64,000 bases of DNA from positions 4,650,001 through 4,714,000 of the forward strand of contig CM060734.1 of NCBI GenBank assembly GCA_030704615.1, in the 5' to 3' direction. Below the pieces are notes generated by a model, which was given only the letters and a program-made list of their open reading frames with translations, did no database searches and was not told where the DNA came from. Of the stretch, positions 50,236-61,018 are shown piece by piece; the stretch's first letter is position 1, and each line of letters opens with the position of its first letter. Both the position numbers and the translations under genes were made by a program. This DNA is from Takakia lepidozioides. Lineage: Eukaryota > Plantae > Bryophyta.

Positions 50236-51259
50236 TGGCATCAATTGAAATTGACCAAGAGCAGCCAGTCTTAAGATGAACTTAAGCTCGTATGAAAGGA
50301 AATAAGTGTTATACCATAAAGGTGAACACGAGAACCCCATGGGGATACCTGAAATCTGACGCCAAACATGGTCACCCAATGCTACGAAACAATGACACAT
50401 CAGCCATTTGTGGAGCTGAAGTAGCCTGGCTTCATGAAGCTCGATCCAGGTACCTGTTTTGGGGGAAGAAGTACTCCACTTGCACTTCCCGAAGGTCCCA
50501 TTCTTTGTTTGGACCCAAAGGGTATGGCGTGACCGGGGGTGATCCATATGATGTTGCTGGAAGGCCAGTTTAATCACATGCTCAATGGCATCACCCAAGT
50601 TATCTTCACCTGTCAAGGGAATATTTTCATAGCACTGTGTGATGTCAGCCACAAAAACATCATAGATTTTTGTAGGAAGATTTAAAGTGAAATCTGTAAT
50701 GTTGTCTATAATCCAGTACATGGCAATAGACACTTTGAAGAATTGTTTGTAAGTGTTTAAACGTGCTCTGGCCCATTCCTTGATTAACAGGAACATGGTG
50801 GCACATGTAAGGAGGCTGGCGATTTCACTGAACACGCAATTGTGGGCATTGGTAATCCAATTTTTTGTGTAGTTTGTATATTCCCATCATGTAGGGAAGA
50901 CTACAAAAAGTAACAGGGATCTCAGGTATCATATCCTGCACTTCACCAAAGAGGCTTTCCAAAACAGAGTCTGGTGATGACCATACCTCATCTTGAAGAC
51001 ATGGTCTAAAATCCTTACCCATTAAGCGGTGATAGGCTTGGGTTCTGATGTGCTTCACACATAGAAAACAAACATTGTTGTTAGCCTTATCAAGACCAGA
51101 CATATACAGGTGTTTAAGAAGCCATGTCCGTCCAAACATTATTTCCTCAATCATCAGAGCCATATCAGCCTGTCCAAAAATCAGAAATGCTTCTCTTATC
51201 AAACCCTTAGGGTTTATCCACTCCATACTAATAACGGCTATGCTATGAGGGCCAGACAA
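50236..51259 (-). pseudogene. Penelope-like retroelement RT fragment
   Basis: LDKANNNVCF (DK motif), LPYMMGIYKLHKK, VADITQCYENIP and WRQISGIPMGFSCSPLW..YF..YE are PLE RT motifs. Truncated before YxDD; frameshift near 50840. Confidence 0.8.
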
Positions 51260-54200
51260 TGAGGGTCACAACGGGACATCCCGGGTGGTGATTGGTGTAC
51301 ACTACCTGGTCACGGGCAGAAAAGGCTAAGTACGCGGTACTTAGCAAATGGCGGAACAAGGGTACATTACCACAGGAGCCGTAGTGGGTAGTGTAGTAAT
51401 CGTGGGCCGTGAACCACGATATCACACGGCCACGTTAGCATTGGCTTTAACCAATAGAGGGAGTAGTGGACCGTTTACCCCTATGGCTCACGACCACTAC
51501 AACGAGCCATTTTTTTGCAAACCTTTTAGGTTGCGTAGGCAAACGGTCATTAACGACCACAGGCCGTAACGGCTCTCGAGCATAGTGTAAAAAGGCTGCA
51601 CACAACTTAGAGGGAGAGCAGTATGAGTATCAGTGATCAGTGTGTATCCAGTGGACTCAGAGTGATTCAATGTGTACTTCTGTGATGATGTGACGAACTC
51701 TGAAGTAAAGCCATGCTATTCGAAGTATCTCTGTGTAGAGTGAACGTGAGATGGAGAGAATGTGCATTATGAGAGAACGTGAGATGGTGAGAATGTGTAT
51801 CATCTCAGAATAGTTCTTGTTTTGTCTTGACTACCATCTGCTTGTATGGACAAAGCGACTTCCGTCTTTTCGACTAAGATTTGTCATGCCAAAGAGAGTG
51901 AAGGTTGGGCTTAATCAATAGGATTAAGCAGCCTGTAGGGATATGGATTCATACGACGTTCATGGTTTAGCTATCCTTAAAACGATTACTTCGTAATCGT
52001 TTCTGAAGCATACCGTCGGACAACCTCTGTTGCATGTCTTAGGAAATGGGCAGTAGTGCTGATAGCCTGTTTTGTCTAAGTCATAAACCAGCGGTTAACA
52101 TTTGGTGACCATACTTGGGACTAACGGTATGTTGAGTTCAAGTGAACCCAAGGAAGGATGGTTACTCAGTGATTTCTTGAAATCACAAAAGAACGAGTCA
52201 ACGGAAGCAGAGGAATGGAAAGCATTCCTGAAAAAATTTCATGGCTTACCAATAGCAATACAACAGAAGATCTTTCTTTCAATTGCGAAAGAAGATAACA
52301 AATGGAGCTTAAAGGGAGGAGTGATCAGTATTACACGAGCACCTTCGGAATGTAGAATCAGAAGTGAAGAATGGTTGTCCCGACTAGCTTTATTGATTAC
52401 TCTAATCCCAATCAGAAAAGTTTGCTACACTAGTTATATTTTCAGGGAAGGATGTTCAAATTATGAATATTGTCATATGATCATAGAAGCAGTGGAGTAC
52501 TGGATACCCAAAGACTTGTTACAAGTCAGATACACTGGGAAAGACAAATGGTATTATTGTGCCCATTAAAAGATTGGTGATCAATCAGTAAAGGGAAAAT
52601 TAAGTCGTAATACGGATTCTGGCAAGATAGGGTAAATCTTAGAGAAAGGGTAGAGACCACTATAATGTTTCTTTACTGACATACCAAGACTAATTAAATG
52701 GTGCTGAAAAGGAATTATGTATATGATGTGGGAATGAATGAGGAAATTAAAGACAAAGCTAAGCAAGATAGAGCTGAAAGAATAGAGAAATATGCTGCAG
52801 AAATGGAAGCTCGGTTGAGAAAAGAGTTCCCATAATTACAAAACTTGAATATTATTCAAGGTGAGACATCAAGACAAATTGACGGTGATAAACCAGAAGA
52901 TCAGGAAATCGGATCGTTGGAAAGTGAGAACACTACTCCAGAAAGAGTTGCCAGTAATGCACTTGATGAGTGGTTACCACAAGAAAGTTCTGAAGGACCT
53001 TCTACAGTAACAAGTCCAAATCGAGGCTTTGCTGAAATATTGGAAGAAAGATTTGAGAATATTCTGAGTGAAGAAGGTGAAAGAAGTGAAACTACTTCTC
53101 CAGAAAGGATAACCAGGACTACACTCAAAGCTTTTAAAGATTCATTAAGCTTAGTAGGGACAGCAGCTGGAAGACGACTATCATTGGGACAAGGACCCCC
53201 TAGCTTTGAATCATTGTTTGGAAGATAAACACCAACACCACCACAGCCAGCAGCAGCGGGACCATCCCAGTTTGCACAACCAGTTGCACCAGCAGCACTA
53301 GTTGCACCAATGGCTTTAGCAACAAGCAAAACCAGACTGCCCTTTTCTTTATATTATGGGAAATCTGATCCGGATATCCATCTTAATCAATTTGAGAACA
53401 TGTGCACCATTTACAATGAAGCAACAGACCAGGAAAAGATCCGATTATTTCCTTGTTCAATGGCCAGGAAAGGCATTGAATGGTTGGCAACCTTTCTAGC
53501 CAATCACTTTGCAAATTGGGCGGATATGAGAGCCGCATTTCAAGAACGATATAGATCCAACAAATCCACGTCTGAAATCTTCACAGGATTACAGAACCTG
53601 AGACAGAAAAAGAAAGAATTGGTAGTCGACTACCTGGAGAGAATGAAGACTCTGATTAGGAAGCTACCTCAAGCACCAGGTGATGACTTACAAAAATCAT
53701 GGTTCATCAACAGACTTCGTCCTGAATATGTAACCATGGTTACAGTCATGCCTAACAACACTTCGGCTGAAGCAGTAGGAATTGCAAAGAAATTGGAATT
53801 GGGATTTCATCAGAGCAGAAGTAAAGATTCCAAGGATCCCTTGGAAGAAGAGGACTCTGATGATGAAGAAAAGCCCAAGCAAAAGAAGAAAGAAGTGATT
53901 GACAAAACCACTTTGGATCAGAAGATAGCAGAGGCTATCAAGAATTTTAAAGATGAAGGGCCACGGAAGGCAACATGGTGTTACAAATGCGAGACTGCAG
54001 GACACTTGGCAACGGAATGCCACATGAAAGACAAATACTGTGATATTTGTCATATGAACAATCATAATTCCAGCCATTGTATTTACAATCAACGGGTCAA
54101 GAAGAGTGGGTACACACGAGAGGTGGGGGTATACCAAGTCCAAATCTGACGGGGAGGATCGGATGGACCAAGACGATACAATATGGGTAATCGTTATCAA

Positions 54201-56115
54201 AGGCCATGAGATGACTTTCCACCATGGGATAGAGAACATCAACTCAGAAACCAAGAAATCACAAGATGCCACTACTGCAAGAAAGAGGGACACTGTAAAC
54301 ATGAATGTCAGTTACGAATCAAGAGTGAGGCAAAAGTGGGAAATATGGAAGCCGGACCGAGTGTAGCCGTGAGTGTGGTAACCCCTGTATTGGATACCCT
54401 TGCGGTAACCCGAACTCGGGCCAAGAAACAGAGACCTCCAGATAAGGAGATTGAAGAAGAAATGGAAACAATATCTAGAAAGTGCAGCATGGCAGGAAGA
54501 AAAGAGCTTACACCGGGAGGTAAGTAAAGCCATAGCTCAAATGCAAGAGGGAACCCATATACCTTCTGGAGAGCCAACTCCAGATAATCAAATTAGACCA
54601 ACGATGAAGACCACGAATGCAACCACGGAAACAGAATTGGCTGAAGTAATCTGCCAGACCAAGACCCAAATTACCATTGGACAATTTTTAAAAATTGCTC
54701 CACACTGCAAGAAAACTTTATTTCGGGCAATCGAGGCATTGACCCCCACACCAAAACAAAAACCAACACTAGAGGTTTACATGATTAAACCACAACTATA
54801 CGACAAACTCCAGACTACGACGAAGCAATACCCGTAATACAAGTACGTATTGGACGGAAGCTGGTAACAGATGTACTCATCGATGGAGGATCCGGAGTGA
54901 ATATCATGACAGAGAAGATGAAGAAATCACTAGGATTGGGGCACATGGAACCTGCTTCATTCACGGTACGAATGGCCGATCGACGAAAAGTGTAGCCATT
55001 GGGTATCATCAGACGACTTGCAATGGAAGTAATAGGACTGGTATACGAAGTATCAGTAACCATTCTCAGAATGGAGGATGTGGCAGAAGGATATAATTCA
55101 CTACTACTTGACCGACCATGGTTAACACAAGCCCAATCACACCACGATTGGGGAAGTCAGACTCTCACGATCAAAAAGGTATCAGAACAAGTCACCATCA
55201 CTACGAAGCAATGAGGTACCATTCCACGAGAGAAACGACCTTGCATAGTGGAAGAGTATGATTGGTCCAGTGGACTGTCAGATGAAGAAGCCGCCACAGT
55301 ATATGCAGCACATCCACAGTTGGAACCTATTGGGCAATTAGTGGTCAAGCATGCCACAACAGTAGGATGTCACATGGTAAACACCCAAGGAGAACCGAAT
55401 ACTTCGAGAACGGAAGATCCGGAGGAAGAAGCTATGGACACACCTCAACACCCTGTCCGTTTCTATCAAGAAATGGAAGATCACATTAAAATCAGTGAAG
55501 TACCTGCCACGGTTGCAACCATCGGACAAGAGATTGCAGGATGGACAGTAATGGAAGAAACTCAATTGATTCAAGTGAATCTGGGAACAGTGGAAGAACC
55601 AAAGATAATACGAGTAAGTGCAGGTCTTGAAGAATCATTTCTACAAGAAGCCACTGTATTATTCACTGAATACAATGATGTATTTGCCTGGAACTACAAA
55701 GATTTGAAGGGTATACCTTCCAACATCTGTCAACACCAAATTGAATTGGAAGTTGACACAAAACCAATTCGTCAGAACCGTTACAGAATGAACCCCAACT
55801 ATGCAGCTAAAGTTTGGGAAGAAATCAAGAAATTACTGGATGCATGATTCATATACCCAGTAAAGACACCACAATGGTTATCGCCCATTGTGATAGTACC
55901 CAAGAAAAATGGAAAATTACGAGTATGTGTGGACTACCGCAAGTTAAACGCAGGAACCAAGAAAGACCCATTTCCACTACCTTTCACCAAAATAGTGTTG
56001 GACATAATGGCCGGACATGAGATGTACTCATTCATGGATGGGTTTAGTGGGTACAACCAGGTGCAGATGGCAAAAGAAGACCGAGAAAAGACCGCATTCA
56101 TCACTGAATGGGGAG
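51260..56115 (+). mobile_element. Non-chromovirus-type Ty3/gypsy element (5' LTR, gag, PR, start of RT), interrupted
   Basis: LTR-like region ends ...TTAACA at 52100 (5' boundary uncertain), followed by PBS-like TGGTGACC. Gag with CYKCETAGHLATEC and CDICHMNNHNSSHC, protease LIDGGSGVN, RT KLRVCVDYRKLN..KKDPFPLP and FMDGFSGYNQ, cut at 56115. Confidence 0.88.
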
Positions 56116-56841
56116 TGTCGCGGCCCTTCGCCTTGAGAGCAGAGGGTTGGGACACGAGAGGGGCTGCCCTTGTGGTGGAGGTAGTGGCAACAATAGATGC
56201 GGGGGCTGAAGCACCCTTGAGTGCCCAAGGCACTCAAGGAGGCGGAGGCGCTCACTAGGTAGAGCCCCGCACACCGGGTTGCGGTGGGGGTGGTTCCACG
56301 AGGGGTGGTGGTAGCTTAGTGGGACTTAGTGGGGGTGGCATAGGACTCACCATGGGGGGGGAGACCTTGTGGTGGGAGTCGTGGGGAGTCTTGGGACTCA
56401 TCATGGTCCAATGGGACCGTGGTGGGTGGGCCAAGACTCACCGCGACTCATCACCGGGAGTCGAGGGTTTTCGTGGTGGTTCGCCATAAAATGGCATGGT
56501 TGTTTGTGAAACCCCCGCGGACAGTCACAGAAGTATATATAGGGAGTAGTAACCCCGAGAACGGTGCAAGCCCGTTGGTGACCAAAAACTAGTGAGTAAG
56601 CGAGCGAGCCGGAAAGCGACCAAGGAGTGGGGAGCTAGTCCGGACTGCCATCTACCAAAGGGAATTTCCACTAGGCCCAAATTGATGGAGGGTCTTTTGG
56701 TAGAGTAAAGGGGGACCATTATGTCCCGGTGAGTAGCCGAAGCTCCGAGTTGGCCCGGCGGCTAGGTTGGGAGTTAGGCGCGCGCATCAAAGCGAGTAAC
56801 TATGACTTGAAGGGGAGCTTACCGAAGTGAGGTGCGCGACA
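56116..56841 (+). repeat. 5' LTR (726 bp)
   Basis: TGTCGCG...CGCGACA inverted ends, starting exactly where the host RT breaks. Confidence 0.9.
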
Positions 56842-56843
56842 CT

Positions 56844-56855
56844 TGGTATCAGAGC
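56844..56855 (+). promoter_or_regulatory. tRNA-iMet primer binding site
   Basis: TGGTATCAGAGC 2 nt after the LTR end. Confidence 0.93.
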
Positions 56856-59800
56856 TTAGAGTTCAATACGCGATCGTCCTTGGGATCGGCCTCATCATGG
56901 GGTCGGGCAAGCCAAAGCAAAAGCGGAACGGCCCGAAAGATGATGATCCTGGTGAGCCCGATGGGGGCGATGTGTCACCAAAGCGGCCATTTGAGGAAGC
57001 GATGCATGCTTTTGAAAACGAGGCCGCTAAAAAACGGGAGGAATCTGAGGAGTCGGAGCCCGAGGAATTCCTGAGAGCTCCGACAGACCAACAGATGCCT
57101 CCGATGCCAACAGCCTTTTGGGAAGGGTTGTTGGCGCAGTTTGGCGGGACGTTGAAAGACGTGTTGGAGGCGGCTAATGCTACTTCCACTAAGGCAAAGT
57201 TTAAGGTGAAGCCTAAGGAACCCGGCACCTTCGAGGGCGTCCAAAATCGGAAGGCACTCAACACCTGGCTCTTGGAGCAGTTTGTGCCCCTCAACGTGTC
57301 CTGGCTCGCCCGGGACAACATGAGGAATTTGAAGCAAACGGATGATATTCGGGGATATGTTCAGGCTTTCAATGTGCTGTTGCTTGAAGTCACGGACATG
57401 GCAAAACCAGAAATGGTCTTCAACTTTGTAGCGGGACTGGCCCCATGGGCCAGGCGGAAGTTGGAGGAGAAGCCACCTAAGACTTTGAACGAGGCAATTG
57501 AGAGGGCTGAATGTTTCTCGGATGTCCCTAGGGGCGAAAGACAAGGCCGTACGGAGCTGAACCACAAGAAGACCCGGCGGGAGGGTGACTCCTTTCGACC
57601 GGAAAAGAAGTGGGATAGGCCACGCGGCGACAATGGCACATGGAAATCAAAGGGAGGGCCTTCACACGCCAAAACGACACCCAGTGCTCCGGAAGGAAAA
57701 TCAGGTGCGACGCCTTATGACAGACAAAAGGCGACCTTCGATGGAGTGTGCTTTAATTGCGGGGAGCCCGGGCACATGGCTAAGAAGTGTGCAAAACCCC
57801 GACAAATGAACATGACTCAGGCGACCACAGAGCTGTCGGAAGATTCCATCAGCCGCTTGGTGGAAGCGGTGGTCGCCAAGACTTGCAAGGTAGGCAACTA
57901 CTCTTGTGAGTTGTATCAGGAAACTGGCGCCCTGCGTAAAGGGAGTTAGTTATTGTTCGTGGATGGGATAATTTCCGGAACTAATGTGTTGTTGTTGGTG
58001 GACACAGGAGCGTCGCACTCCTTCATGACAACGGCAACGGCATGAAAGCTGGGGCTCCCGACAAGTGACGTGGGGGCCTCTATTGAGGTGCGTTCTGCCA
58101 AAGGAGAACCAGAATTGGCGACGAGGTTGACGTTCGATGTTCCTCTTCAACTGGGGAGTTGGGAGGGATGTGAGAACTTCACCATTTGTGAGATCGATGG
58201 AGTGGATCTCATTTTGGGGATGATCTTTTTGAGCAAATCCGGAGCGGTCATAGATGGCCGCAAGAGAGTAGTCACGCTGCTGTGTGGGAATGGTGACGAA
58301 ATTTTACGAGTGTCGAAAATGCTCAAACCCGTGGGAGGGCGAATAAACCTTCTGTTAGCAAGGGAGTGGGTCGTGGAGGAGCCACACGAGCCCTAGTTTT
58401 TGCTTTACGTAAGAGAAGTGAAAGGAGAAGGCGATGGGGAGCCGAGCCCAGATTGGATCAAGGGGATCTTGGAGAAATACCAGGATGTGATGCTGGAGGA
58501 TTTACCAAGCGGCTTGCCACCGCGAAGGGGAGTTGATCACAAGATTGAGGTGATACCGGGATCGGAGCCGCCTGCCAAGGCGAAAGCCACGAAGGCAGAA
58601 TAACGAGGTTCCACTTTCTTTTTTCTCTTCTCTTAAATAAATAGATAAATTCCAATGTAAATTTTGTTTTACAGGCTTGCCCTACCGGTTGAGCCACAAA
58701 GAGTTGGTCGAGCTGAAGACTCAGCTCAAGGATCTAATGTCAAAGGGGTACATTCGGCCGAGTAAGTCACCTTACGGAGCCCCGGTGCTATTCGCAGACA
58801 AGAAGGATGGGACGCTGCGGATGTGTGTTGATTACAGGGCTCTGAATAAGGTGACTATCAAAAACCGGTACCCTTTGCCAAGGATCGACGACCTTTTTGA
58901 TCGGTTGGCAGGAGCGAAGTATTTCAGCCGGATCGATTTGCGCTCCGGCTATCATCAAATTTGAGTGGCGGAAGGAGATGAGGAGAAGACCGCGTGCAGG
59001 ACAAGATATGGTTCGTACAAGTTCTTGATGATGCCTTTTGGGCTCACCAACGCACCCGCGACCTTTAGCACGCTAATGAACAGCATTTTTCAGGAGTGGT
59101 TGGATGACTTTGTGATCGTGTACATCGACGACATCTTGGTGTACTCGAAAACAAAGGAAGAGCACCTGGAGCACCTAAAAAGGGTGTTCCAGAAATTGCG
59201 GGAAGGGAAGCTGTATGCCAAAGCTTCAAAGTAAAAGTGGAGTTCCTGGGGCATGTGATTACACAGGATGGGATCAAAATGGATGACAGAAAGATGAGGG
59301 CGATCTTGGACTGGGAGCCTCCGACTTCGGTCTCGGGAGTGCGATCCTTCCTAGGACTCGACTCCTATTACCGGAAGTATGTGAGAAATTTCGCCAAGAT
59401 CGCGGGGCCGCTGTCAGACCTTCTGTGTAAATCCAAAGTCTGGGTATGGAACACCTTTTGTGGCCAAGCTTTTGCCGAGTTGAAGCAGCGGATGGCAGAA
59501 GCTCCAGTCCCCAAAATTCCGGAGTTCGACCATCCATTTGAGATCCATACAGATGCGTCGGACTTCGCAATTGGGGGTGTACTCATGCAGGATGGACGTC
59601 CAGTGGCTTACGAAAGTAAGAAACTGAATGAAGTGGAGCGATGGTGGCCTACGCACGAGAAAGAAATGAAGGCGGTGGTGCATTGCCTTGAGCTTTGGCG
59701 CCACTATATTGGTTCCAACCCGGTGAAGGTGTTCATGGACAATGTCACGGTGAAGTATTTTGCCACGCAACCTAAGTTGTCCCCAAAACAAATTAGGTGG

Positions 59801-61018
59801 CAAGACACTTTGGCACTGTTCGACGTGGATATCCAATACAAACGGGGATGGGACAATGTGGTGGCCGATGCTTTAAGTAGAAAGCAGCAGCTCATGTTGG
59901 TGTACAAGGGCGAGACGACGCTCCAAAAGAAGATCCGGAAGGCTTACCGGAAGGGTGAGATGGCGAAATCCGTGATACGGGACTTGAGGATGGGGGTTAA
60001 ATCGCAGTCTCACTTGCAAAATGGACTGCTCCGGTATAAGCAAAAGCGTCTCTACGTACTGAAGGGAGGGATCAGAGATAGTCTCTTGAGAGAATGCCAT
60101 GATGGCCCGTTTGCGGGCCACGGCGGAGCCAAGCACACCGCGACACTCTTGAAGAAAGAGTATTTCTGGCCCAAACTGAGGGAGGAGGCCGAGGAGTATG
60201 TCAAGACATGCACCACATGCCAATAAAACCGGAGCGAGTACAAAAAGCAAACGGGGCTGTTACAACCCTTGCCGATTCCAGAGGGGTCTTGGGAAAGTGT
60301 CTCGATGGATTTCATGACTGCTATGCCGCTGTCAAAATGATTTGATGTGATCATGGTGGTGGTGGATAGGTTCAGTAAAATGGGCCATTTCATTCCCACC
60401 AAGGAGACAGCAACGGCGCAGGAGACGGGGCGACTTTACTTCGCCCACGTCTTCAAGCATTATGGACTTCCGAAGGATATTGTCTCGGACCGCGATCCAA
60501 AGTTTACGAGTAAATTTTGGAGGGCACTTTGGAAGAAAATGGGGACGAGGCTCAAGATGAGCACCGCTTTCCGACCTACGACGGATGGCCAAACGGAAAG
60601 GGTGAATTCCGTAGTGAAGCAGATCTTGCGGAATTACGTGTCGGCAGACCAATCGGACTGGGTGGAGCACTTGGATGCGGCAGAGTTCTGTTATAATAAC
60701 ACAAAACACTCCGCAACGGGAGTTTCCCCTTTCGTATTGGTCTATGGAAAAGCACCTCTGGTGCCGACAAGTTGGGCCGCCCAAGACGTTGAGGAACCGG
60801 CAGCAACAGCGGTGCTGGAGGAACGCGAGCGTTTATTGAAGCTTGCAAAGTATAACATTGCCAAAGCCAGGAAACGGTATGAACGGCAGGCGAATCGGAA
60901 GCGGAGGGAAGTTAAGTTTGAGGCAGGCACGGAGGTCTGGTTGAACATCAAGAATTTTCGACTACCTCCGGAAGTGAGTCCGAAGTTCGTACCTCCGTAT
61001 GCAGGGCCCTTTCGCATC

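Larger units (their letters stand above)
56116..61018 (+). mobile_element. Chromovirus-like Ty3/gypsy element nested in the previous RT, truncated by a MULE
   Basis: Gag with CFNCGEPGHMAKKC, protease [25 protein letters not shown] / [11 protein letters not shown] / YIDD, RNase H TDASDFAIGGVL, integrase SMDF / SDRD / TDGQTER, ending at GPFRI. Confidence 0.93.
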
